64,000 nucleotides of DNA, from positions 620,001 through 684,000 of the forward strand of contig OZ176059.1 of the NCBI GenBank assembly GCA_964247055.1. Reading direction: 5' to 3'. Below the pieces are notes generated by a model. It was not told the origin of the DNA. It was given only the letters and a program-made list of their open reading frames with translations, and ran no database searches. Both the position numbers and the translations under genes were made by a program. Shown one piece after another: positions 1 to 11,100 of the stretch. How positions within the stretch are numbered: position 1 is the first letter of the stretch; every line of letters starts with the position of its first letter. Source of the stretch: Paragordius varius (lineage: Eukaryota; Animalia; Nematomorpha).

Positions 1-513
1 TTCCAAGCAGAAACAACTGAAAAAATGTTGCGTTTGGTTGAAAAAAAACGTTGTTTTTTATTGAAAAAATGGTACAAATAAAGATTTTTATGGAGAAAAC
101 AAAACCACATAAACATATTGTAAATATTAAAAAAGAGATTTTAATCAAAAATTTACGATTATTTAGGAGAGGAGATACATAATCCCGATATTGGGCTTAA
201 GATAGATGAAAAAAAACCCAAAAATTATCAAAGCAGCCACGTAAATGTTTATCTGTTAAACATCCCTAGTTTATAAAGTTTAATTTCAACCACATATATA
301 CGTGCGTGAAAATCTATATGTTTGAGTATTGTATTGTATTGTATGGTAAAATAATTAATTAATTATTATATATGCAATTATAATTCAGCTAAAATTATAT
401 AAAATTTTAAAAATTTATTATGATATTTCAATTACTACAAGTAATCTTTGTCAAACGTAAAAAATAAAATTAAAATATAAACTAAAATTTAAATTATAAA
501 ATAAAATAATTAC

Positions 514-756
514 TTTTATCTCCATCAAATCCATTCGGATAATGGGATAGTGATTGTTGATGTTTGCAATTTAAATCATTGTATATACGATGGTTTGTAC
601 TGTTATTTTCATTACAGGGGTGATGATTAATATTATAATCTTTGCTGGTATATGTTTTAGAGACAGGGCAACCATTTTGCCCTATGAGTGATGTTAAAAG
701 AGCTTCAATTTTAACATGCGATCCATTGAGACGATATATTCCTTTGGATTCAAGCC
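514..756 (-). CDS. RhoGAP gene exon: arginine-finger motif plus Asn/His-rich insert
   Basis: Acceptor ttctccag|GG CTT GAA; (G)LESKGIYRLNGSHVKIEALLTSLIGQNG...FDGDK; donor A|GTAATT. Not in the ORF track on this strand. Confidence 0.85.
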
Positions 757-3700
757 CTGGAGAATTTAATGGGGAAAAAAATATTATAGCACATTCTGAT
801 TTATACGCGCGCTATCTCATGAATACTTTAAAGTTAGTTGGTACTATAACACCGCCTATAAACTAATTACGTGATAATTGTGCATACAATTTATTCAGTA
901 CTTTTTAATAGGCAACGAAAAACGTTTAAAAAAACTTTTTGCAAACTTTTTTTCATATACACCATTTACACTTCAAAGTTACCCCGGAACAATTCAAATT
1001 AACCTAAAAATAATTAATGTGTTTTTAAGATTAAAATTTACCTTTTTTATATATATAAAACATGAAATTTTGCCTAAAATTAAAATAATATTAAAAAAAT
1101 AATAAGTTATGCCATAAAAAAGAAATGTATGATATTAATGATGAGTTAAATATCCCGAAAACACATTAATTTTTAGGGGCAATTTAAACTGTCGAGGGTG
1201 ACTTTAAATGTAGATATATATCACATCATCAATAATATTAAGGCCACTGTATTCAATCATTATATGGTAAAAAGTAGCAAGCAATATGTTTTTTATGATG
1301 TGTTAAATAAGGGCTATAAATTAAAACACGATTGTAAATATAAATGCAAATTCATAAAGAAGCCTAAAAAAATGATATTCATTTTTATAATTAGTTAATG
1401 AGTTAGAATTCAATAAAATAGTATTTTAGCATAGATAATATATATAGTTGGTTGCTTATTTCACACTATATTAGGGCAATTCGCACAGTGATGTATGGAA
1501 AAGAGAAAGGATTTATTCAACGTTTTTTATACACTACTGTGTTGCAAATTGCTTTACTATAGGGTGAAATAAGCAACCATTAAAATGCATACTACATAAA
1601 TATATATAGATATACCCAAGTTAGCCTTTATTCAAAAAATATTTATGCCTTAAGGACAAATTTTTTTCTTCAAATAGACAACCATACCTCTTTAAACCTT
1701 AATTTATCCTATGAAAACAAACAATTACGATAATAAAATATATAATTAATTATGTTAACAATTTACATGTCCAACTTATATTTTGCAGTTTAAAACAATC
1801 ACCGTTTTATTAAAAACACACTAAAATTTAAAAAGTACGATTGTTTAAAAAAAATATATGTTTATGTTTTTATCCGTATAAATTCAATTTTTACTGTATA
1901 AAATCAAAATAATTTATGTAAAAAGTATACATGCATACAAACGCAAAAATTATTATACCGTAATCAGTAATAAAATTGATAAATTTTTCAAGCACTACAG
2001 GTACACCCGATTCATATAGCATTGAATGATCACTAATAACTTGGGGTCGACCAATATTGGATTCTATACCATTTCCTTCAACTGCAGATTTATGGCCATT
2101 GAGTTGGTTTTCATTGGAAAAAGATTTCACATTTCTACCACATATATACCATTTACAGTTCAAATTCACCCTTGAACAATTTAAATTCATTCTTGGACAA
2201 TTCAAATTCACCCTCGAACAATTAAATTTACCCTCGAACAATTAAATTTACCCTTAAACAATTGAATTCACCCTTAAACAATTCAAATTCATTCTTGGAC
2301 AATTCAAACCCTAAAAATAAATTATGTGTTTTGGAACTAATATAACTCATTATTAATATGAAATATATCTTTATGGAATACTTTATTTATTTTTCAGTAT
2401 AATTTTAAAATTTAAAACAAAATTTTATTTTTTAAATATATATAAGATAATTTTTAATCTTATAAAACATAATTTATAGGGTGAATTTAAATTATTCGAG
2501 GGTGAATTTGAACTGTGAATGGTAAACCGTAAAAATTTGAAATTATACGTACAATACGTAAAAATATAAAGAAAAATATTTTTTTTCTAAAAAACAATTA
2601 TACTCTTTAAATCATGATCGATTTATATAAGGTTGATTGTTGGAAATTGCAAAATATGGCATTTGGTAGAAATGTATATTGGTAACACAATATATTTTAC
2701 ATTTTACAATTTAATTAGTATATAAGGAATTAATTAAGTTTAAATAAAAGTATGGTGTTGTATTTTGAGAAAAAAATATTTGTCCTTATATTTTTACGTT
2801 TTGTCCATAGAATAATTTCAATTTTTACTATATATTATATAACCGTAAAAAATTGTAAAAACTAACCACATACATATGCTCATATGAATAATTTTCAACA
2901 AAAATTGTATTGCAGATAATTTGATACACTCTTGCAAAAATTTGTATTTATTTATCAAATAAAAAAAACAAATATACACGTAAAGTATGATTCAATTTAA
3001 CATTTCGATTCAAATTGGGGTATCTAAGCACCCTAAACAATATTTAAGTTGATATTTTTACAAAACAACTGAAAGAAACGGTCCCAATTTAAATATATGC
3101 TTTTATCCTAATAAAAATATATATAAGCCGAAACAAGTAAATAAAATTTGGTTTTGAGAAAAAAGTTCCATATCAACTACTTTGGCGCCATTTTTTACAA
3201 CATTTTTGTATCAGGTTTTTTAAATTTTAAGGCTAAAAGTAGAGCTTATTTTAAATTTAAATCACATATAACATTGATAAAAAGAGAAAAAGAGATTGAT
3301 TTTGTATTATTTTAAATTTAGCTAATGCACACAAGTCATGTTGACTGAATTTTTGGCTTTCAAGTATTTTTAAATGAATTTTTATTTATGTTTCGGTTCA
3401 TTAATGTTTTATAAGTGCAAATTTGTGCCATGGTTTCAATTCCTCTCATATTTTTCAAAGTATTAAATTTTTAATAGGGCTGGGCTAATATCCAATTACC
3501 CCAATTTGAGTCAAAGGACTAAAACAACTATTAATCATTTGTAAATGTTCTTTTATGGGTACACTTTATTAAACACGAAAAATCTAATAAATTACGAATG
3601 AATATAAATATGAAAAAAAAAATGCAAAGACATACGTTAAAAGGCTATCCAGTAAGAAACGGGAAAAACACAATTTTTGTTGACAAACATATGGGCCATT

Positions 3701-6700
3701 GTTAGAGATGGTAGTATACAATTTTTCATACCATTGCGTTAACATATGCTGGCGGCTGTGTAAAGATGGGGTATATATGGGGTTTTCTATTTCATCATCG
3801 ACACAGGGATCCAATAAATTTATATCATTTTGATTATTATTATTATTTGTATTATGTTTTTTATTAACACATTTTTTAGAGGAAGAGCGTTTGTTCTTCA
3901 ACATTTTATTTTTATTGCTATTGTTATCCATGACATTGTAATAATAAGGTTCCGGTATTTGCACAGCTATATATATGCTAGTCCAATGTTGTAAATTTTC
4001 ATTATGACCAATATCATAGTTTTTTGATACGTCATTAGGGGTGGTGTTTATGGTGGGAAAATCGATAACCATATAAGCTGATTGACCATTTTCACCATGA
4101 CATATTTTGTGTGATGATCCCTTGTTTAAACTGCCACGTATTTTACCAAATTTAGACGGTTTATTTTGATTTCCATTCCGCAAATGTCCATGTGGAGTAT
4201 TTATATGGTCATCAATATTGTTTTCGGTACTATAGGGCGTTGTCGAATCAGCGTTCAGCGTTATTCGTTTGGCCGTACGCAGGTCACGTGAAATGAGGTG
4301 ACCACCGTCAGAGGCATCGCTATCGGCTACCCATAACCAAAGACGGCACACATCAGCCAAACACATGATGCCACGTGACCAGTTCTAACGCGCATAAATT
4401 TTATTGAAATTTTAACAAATATATCTACAAATCTTTAATAACTAATATTATGATATTTTACATAACAATATCAAAAATATACCATACGTTTATCATAGAG
4501 AATTAAGGGACACAATTAATTTATCCAAAATACATAAAGACAGCATACCGTCAAAAAAAGAGGTAATTTTAATTACCCAAAAAACACATAATTTGTTTTA
4601 GGGTGAAATTTGGATTGTTCAAAGGTGAATTTAAGCTGTAAATGATATATATATATCTAAGAACACAACGAATGTCACCAAATAGTCAACACAAACACAC
4701 ACAATATTGAAAAAAACGCCGTTTAAAAGATTACTTTTAAAAAGCCATAAAAATAAAAAAAGGTATAATGCTTTACATAACAGAACTAATGGGCACAATC
4801 TATTCTCTGGATTACTATCTTATTGTTTAAATTAATTTATTATTAGTTATTAAACACAAACGGGACAAAATTTAGGTATACTCTAGAAAAATATATTTTA
4901 ATTTAGTATTTAAGTCAATATTTTATCAGAGTAAATATCGATACGGTAAAAATAGAATAAACGGTCAGATCGATTATGGCAGAAACCTTAGGTCATTATT
5001 AATATAACAAGTATAAATATATTTATATTTATTACATAACATATAAAAAATATCCAAGCATCTAACTTATCTCTAATAATTATATTATTAATTTTGAATT
5101 TTTTTTTAACATTTATTTAATTTAGGGTTTTACAGTAAAAATTAAAATTGTATACGGACAAAATGTAAAAATATATAAGGACTAAAAATACTTTGTGAAT
5201 CTTAATTTCTTAACTATAAGTTGTTTAAAACTCCAAAGTATATAATAGAGATGTATAATTATTGGTAACACAATCAATTACCTATTTTACGATTGTTATT
5301 AAATGATAGGCTAAGTGTGGGGTTATCTTTTGAAAAAAAATGTCTTTATATTATTACATTTTGTTCCTATAAAATTTCATATTTTACTGTAATCGTTATC
5401 ACCTGATAAAACATATATATTTTTAAAAAAAATTAATTAACAGTTTGAAAAGCAAACAAAAGGGTCAAATATTTCCACATGTAAATTGGGTTAGCAAATA
5501 TAGTTTTCATGTATAAAAATATATGACAAAATTAATATATTTGGATTTGAATAAGTTAACATATATAAAATACAGTATGAGTAAGTATATATTGCTAGAA
5601 AATTCTTATTAATTATTGCCAAATAGCATATGCAGCAAAGAGAATAATTATTGGCTAATAATAATTAAAAGTAAAAAAATAACTATAAACCAATAATACT
5701 GCCCTTTGTTGTATATGCTATTTGGCAATCATTAATAACTTTCTAACAATGTATACTTACTCATACTGTATATTACTGGAAAAAATTCATATTTTATAGT
5801 GTATTATATTTTAAAGTCAAACCTCTTAGCAAAAAATATATGCTTTATAATGATACAAAAAAAATTTTTTTTTTCCGTTTTAAAAAGAAAAGTTATTTTA
5901 ATATAAGTTAGTAAAAGCTACCATAATGTAAAAACTTTGTTATATATATATAATATGGCAAAATAAATTTTTATTTGGTGATTCATCACATATAAAAGAT
6001 ATTATTAAAAGAAAAAACTAATTCTATCCATTAAAATTACACATATAATATAGTTATTAGCAAAACCCAACGAAATTAAAGAAACTTTCATCAAAATATA
6101 TTTTAATTTAACACGTGGAGATGATTGTTTTTAATATTTTTATTAATTAATACAAATCCAATTTCTATGAATTTATGTTAAAAAATCATCTAATAATGGA
6201 TTTAGTATGAAAAAAACAATGGTAATTGTTAGTAATCAAAAAACATGTAATTAATATAAAAAAATGAAAAGTATTTAAAAATGTAAAAAAAGATTATTAA
6301 AAATATACTGCAACGATATTATTTTTGACAAAAACGTGTCCCAACAGTTTGAGGTGAGATAAATTGAGCAAATTGGGTATCACATAAAATTGATTTGAGT
6401 TTAATAATAATTCGTGTATAAAAAGTGATATGCCACAGGAATTATCAATTTCAGGAGTGATATGTAGCCCTTGTTCTTTAACCATTATATAAAGGGCAGT
6501 GAATTCACACTTGTCGATGTACAATAATAGAGAACTAAATTGTTGAATATAAATATACTTGTGCTTAACAAAATCCAAACTGGATATAAGAGAACATGAT
6601 ACGATTGTGGATTGCTTATTTTTCTCGTTAAATTTCTCAAAATACATTTTTCCACTTTTAAATTTTATTTCATATTGATTCAAATCTCGATCGGAATCAA

Positions 6701-7022
6701 AAGTAGTGTTTTTTAAACCATTTACATCGGTAAAAAATTTAGCATATGCGATAAATTTTTTCTTATTATTATTATTAGAGTGAGGGTTAAGTAAATTCTC
6801 AAGGATAGCCACATTATTAGTATTAGGCTATATTAAATATAAATTTACTTCATTTAAATTTTCATGTGCATTTAATTTCTCAATGTTGTTCATATTTTCT
6901 ATTTTTAATGGTTTCAAAGGTTGGTTCAAATCATCGTTATAGTTTGGCGATGCCAATAGCTCGGATATAATGGACGGCCTAGCCACCTCTTTCGATCTCA
7001 ATCCAACATGATTTTTTTCCAT
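514..7022 (-). CDS. PH-domain + RhoGAP protein (ARAP/centaurin-delta/RhoGAP15B-like), partial; 3' end off the left edge, 5' end uncertain
   Basis: Spliced exons 7022-6849, 6827-6309, 4384-3636, 2134-1959, 756-514 have compatible phases (0,0,2,1). The joined peptide gives a PH start (KLLGHVFVKNNIVA|NWSRGIMCLADVCRLWLW), a PH C-terminal helix (HSRQHMLTQWYEKLYTTIS) and a RhoGAP start (SGVPVVLEKFINFITDYG|LESKGIYRLNGSHVKIEALL) with the arginine finger. ARAP assignment is inferred from the PH-then-RhoGAP order and motif resemblance. Confidence 0.8.
1959..2134 (-). CDS. RhoGAP gene exon: start of RhoGAP domain
   Basis: Acceptor gtggtag|A; NVKSF...VPVVLEKFINFITDY G; donor G|GTATAA; phase 2 to 1. Confidence 0.85.
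2141..2526. mobile_element. Family A foldback-like MITE (TIR TATACCATTTACAGTTCAAATTCACCC, 20-21-bp subterminal tandem repeats)
   Basis: About 7 repeat units on the left and 2 inverted units on the right, around an ~200-bp core shared with other copies. Confidence 0.85.
3001..3518. mobile_element. Family D MITE (TTAA-CACTTCGATTCAAATTGGGG ... CCCCAATTTGAATCGAAGGA-CTAA type ends)
   Basis: TIRs with short terminal hairpins; other copies 13560-14014, 13303-14264 (inverted), ~7280-7700 (inverted, degenerate), ~20870-21110 (partial). Confidence 0.8.
3636..4384 (-). CDS. RhoGAP gene exon: PH domain broken up by Asn-rich inserts
   Basis: Acceptor cgttag|AAC TGG TCA; donor AC|GTATGT; overlaps ORF 3584-4366. 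Confidence 0.8.
5133..5389. mobile_element. Family F Tc1/mariner-like MITE (TA|CAGTAAAAATT...TATACGGACAAAA TIR)
   Basis: TIRs and TA flanks; other copies ~1640-1897, ~2527-2830, ~9505-9765, ~17247-17490, ~62511-62800. Confidence 0.8.
5573..5768. mobile_element. Family B Tc1/mariner-like MITE (TA|CAGTATGAGTAAGTATACATTG TIR)
   Basis: TIRs and TA flanks; second full copy 36443-36636, degenerate copies ~46710-46880 and ~50058-50130. Confidence 0.85.
6309..6827 (-). CDS. RhoGAP gene exon ending at the start of a PH domain
   Basis: Open frame (ORF 6297-6812 extended); donor GCA|GTATAT, phase 0; 5' boundary depends on the uncertain 21-nt intron. Confidence 0.7.
6849..7022 (-). CDS. Most 5' detectable coding segment of the RhoGAP gene (MEKNHVGLRSK...)
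   Basis: Same frame as the 6827-6309 exon; GC-richer than flanking DNA; donor GAA|GTAAAT. Whether the ATG at 7022 is the true start is not established. Confidence 0.5.
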
Positions 7023-8308
7023 CTTACCCAGATTAGTTAATCATGTGTCCGATTAAATATTTTTATTTTGTGTTATTCGTTTTTTTAATATTCATACAAG
7101 AGAAATGCCTTTTTAAGTTAAGTTTATCAAAAAAATTAATAAACCAATGTGTGTATTTTTTTATAGATTAGAATTCTATATCTTTTTAGTTTGTAAGTCA
7201 TCATCGCGATTAACACCAGTACAACGTATTCAAACCACCGTTTCAAACTAAGTTTGATTCCCAGGCCTTTTTTAGTTCAATATTTCTAAAAATATAAATA
7301 AAAATTAATATTGAAAAAAATTGCACTTGCATAACATTGATGCACTATAAAAAAAGAATCATTTTAAATAACTCAATATTCTTATTTTATGGATCCTTAA
7401 AGTAAAATTGAGTCAACAAGGCATGTTGGTATAAATAAATATTAAAATAATTCAAATGACCATAAAAAATTATGTTAATTTTAGCGTTAGAATCAAACAA
7501 ACGCGAATTTCGCAAAAATATTTTAATATAAAAATGGCGTCAAAGTATTTTGATTTTTTTTCAAAGCTCAATTTTATTTAGATATTTTGGCTTAATATAA
7601 TTATTAATATGGAGCATGAATATAAAATTTGACCCGTTTCTTTCAGTATTTTTTTAAAATATTACTTTATTAGTATGAGTCATTATACCCCAAAGCGTTA
7701 ATGTAGCAATTTTTTTTTATATATAATTAGATGGTCTTCAGACCGCTCTTCAAGTGCTTTGTCATGGCCCATTATTTAATAATTTTTTATGAGTTGTTTT
7801 ATAAATATCTGGAAATGTGTTAAACACGTAAATTTCGCGCTACAATGATGCTAGGCCCTTGAGAAAAGATAAATTTGCGGCCCCTTAATTTTCCACGTGA
7901 CCACCGATCTAATATTTTGTAGAGGTGGGAAACGTTTATTTTAGCGGGATAAGGTGACCAATTTTTATGCTGATCACCCGCGGTTAAAGCGATTAGTTTT
8001 TTAAAAACCAGGCTAGTGTTTTCAACAGATTTGGTAGTAAATAAATAAATAAGTTTCTTGCCTACCCAAGTGTTTGTAAAACCACTTACTCCTGTAAAAA
8101 GGTCATATTAACTGTATATATCTCTTATACCACACTGACACCCCACTAGGGTATAATAGATTAAAAACTCAGATAAAAATCAATACTACATTAATGGAGA
8201 TCGAAAATCGAAACCTCAGCAATAAACAAATTAGTGAAAAATTGAAAATAAAAATAATGAAACTGATGAGTGCTTAAATTTACTTATTAAAAATTAATCA
8301 ATTGTCGC

Positions 8309-8350
<42 letters not shown>

Positions 8351-11033
8351 AAAAAAGATGATATATAAATATATACATTCTGATAGTCGAATGTCTCGAT
8401 TATCATGGAGCTTTTGGTTTCAACCCTAAGAGTGATTTAAGAAAATTACAACTACTATTGTAATAACTGCTCCATAACAGAAAATGAATTTGCACTTAAA
8501 TTGTTTTGGTGAAAGCTATATATGCTTCATTCCAAAAAAATCACCAAAAAACTACATATGAAAACCAATTTAGGAAAATTTTATAATGCTTTGTCTTAAA
8601 TGTTTAGACCCAACCAAAACGGACAAGTTTTCTTTAAAAAGGGGGAAAAGGTCAAAATTGAGAGATAAAATGTTGTATATGCTAAATTTTGAGTTCAAAA
8701 GTGGGATATTTTGCTTAATAATATAATTTTTAGCAAAATTATGGTGAAGTCAGATATTGTGTTTTGAAGCATGGGGGAAAAGGTATAAAATCATTTTAAT
8801 ACATTATATAAACACTTTTCTATATAATTTAATAATCTAAACGTTTCTATCACGATAGAATTTTTATTTATGGGTGATTAAAAAAATAATTTATACTTAA
8901 CATAATTAAACACGAACTAATAATTCTAATCAAAATTCTGAGGTAGGTGTTAATAATGGTTATGATCGTTGAATTGGGAAAAAAAGGTATTTATATACTT
9001 AAAGCGTTTGTATATCATATGCATCATGCATCAAAATAATATGAAGTACGCTTTAACACAATTTTATAAAATTTCAAAGAAAATATTTATTATGTTTTTG
9101 ATGCCATTATCTAGCAATATTAAAAAAATAACTCTAAATCTCCACTATTTGCGTTTATTATAAGAAAAATAGCCAATTTTAGTAGGGGCAAAATTTAGAA
9201 CTTTCGGAGTACACATCTAAAAATTATTTTTTCAGAAATTGTTTTGTTTTTCATATGTAAATTAGATTTAGTGATATTTTTGGAATATAGCCTTATGCTT
9301 TCACGAAAAAAAAATTTATTAAAAATTTCTTATATAACTTGTAACAAAAGTGCCATGATAATTTTAATATTTCCGGTCAGAATATATATATAATCGGGTT
9401 ATATTCTAGTGGACATTGTGTTCATCTAACAGAATATAGATATATTTTATCAGGATATTTTACCACCGATTTCGGACGCACATATATATATATATATATA
9501 TATATAAATTGGAATTATACGGACAAAACATATAATAAATTTTTTTTAAAAAACAACACTCTTTTTTAAATCTTGAATTGTGTAATTGTGATTCATTGTC
9601 CAAAATTTCGAGATGTATATTGGTGACACAATCAATTACATATTTTACAATTGTAATTAAATAATTTATATTGAATTAAGGGCTGAAAAGGTATGGTTGT
9701 CTTTTAAAAAAATATTTATCTTAATAATTTTACTTTTTGTCCGTATAATTTCAATTTTTACTGCATACTGATACCCATATACATTACAAAATTATTGTGT
9801 TCAAATTTAATAAGAAACGAAATAAAAATTATATTTTTATTTTAAATAATCGCATCGTTGCCAAATTAATAAATGTAAATAATTATTAGGTTTTAAAAAC
9901 GCAATACAGAGATTGAGATCGTAAGGGGCAAGTATATAGAAAGTGACTCGATTAAACTCGGCGCAAATGAATAAAATTTCATTTGTACTCGTTTTTGTAA
10001 CCGCAGTGTATATCTTTTTAAATTCATATAACATAAGTAGTGGTCGCTCTCCTTAAGCACAATTTTCAGAACATAATTATAATCTCTAGATTCATAAAAA
10101 TATTGCATTCATATGGTCTCGTGAATCCAAAATTTTTTCTAAAATTACTTTTGTAAAAAACCTATATTTATTATACACGTGGTGGTGAAACACATTAACT
10201 TATTCCAATCGGCTTACTTATGATTAAGGAATAACCGTTTTCGAAATTAATGATCCTACTTTTCCCAGAAAATGGCTTAAAATTTAACATTTTATTATTA
10301 TTATATTATATTTGAGTGTAGTAACGAAACAGGACGTTTAAAAACTTTTTTTCTTGAGAATGACAAATTTTCGAGAATATTTACACATTTTCCACAAACT
10401 TTATATTTTGCTTTATGATTGATTCATTTTTTTCAAAAACCATTTTGTAAAGGCAGTGAAACACAGGTGCTCATCAAAGAGTGATTCATAGGCTGGAAAT
10501 TTATTAAATAGAAAATTTTCTCAGAAAATGCTTTGAAGCCCAGTTTTATAAATATACAAAATTCATTAGTAATGCGAATTGATTGGTCTTTATGCGGGCT
10601 TAAAAAATACATGTATTATGGCATTTTAAATGCGTCTGCTCTAGATATAATATACATAATGTACAATATGGGAATCTTCAAAAATTAAATGGAAATTTAA
10701 TGTGTTAAGTTAATTTTACCGTAATCATTTAATCGATATTTTATTCTGTATTGTTCTTTAATGCATTGGTGTTTTAATATTTAATACTTAAAAAGTCCTC
10801 CCTCCAATACAAGCCTTGATATTTTACATAATAAAAGACGCTTAGTTTCATAATGTGTTTGCTTTCTTTTCACTTTAAAAATATAAATGTTTACAATAAA
10901 TACTATTGTTAATATGTCACATGTAACGAAAATTAATACAATAGGTTAATAAAATTTTTATTCCAACACAATAAATTTAAACCATCTATAATTCTAAAAT
11001 TCACTCTAATATTTTTACCTTTTGATGACCACA

Positions 11034-11100
11034 ATGATTGATGTTTTAACAACTTGGAAAACTGTCGGGTTATTCCTGTTATTGTGGACATGTTCATCTG
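11034..11100 (+). CDS. Serpin exon 1 (signal peptide)
   Basis: ATG...TCA TCT G|GTATAT; phase 1 matches the exon 2 acceptor ctctacag|TC. Confidence 0.8.

Noticed and set aside
642-866. Plus-strand 74-aa ORF
   Set aside because: Antisense shadow of the RhoGAP exon 756-514.
2135-2245. N-terminal NLNCSRV-repeat peptide of ORF 1891-2241, ORF 2057-2245 and ORF 33511-33807
   Set aside because: Chance translation of family A repeats; only 2134-1959 is a real exon.
2150-2310. 21-bp direct repeats as a CRISPR array (also 33230-33345, 48120-48230)
   Set aside because: Units abut with no unique spacers, recur inverted at the other end of each element, and lie in introns of a eukaryotic gene; they are MITE subterminal repeats.
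4566-4582. Nematode SL1-like sequence (TTTAATTACCCAA)
   Set aside because: Only a 13-nt AT-rich match, inside a degenerate family A core; no donor or Sm site follows.
9837-10108. Two overlapping minus-strand ORFs as upstream RhoGAP exons or a transposase
   Set aside because: No recognisable domain; the region contains a TA|CACTG-type terminus typical of a transposon end, and no compatible splice sites were found.
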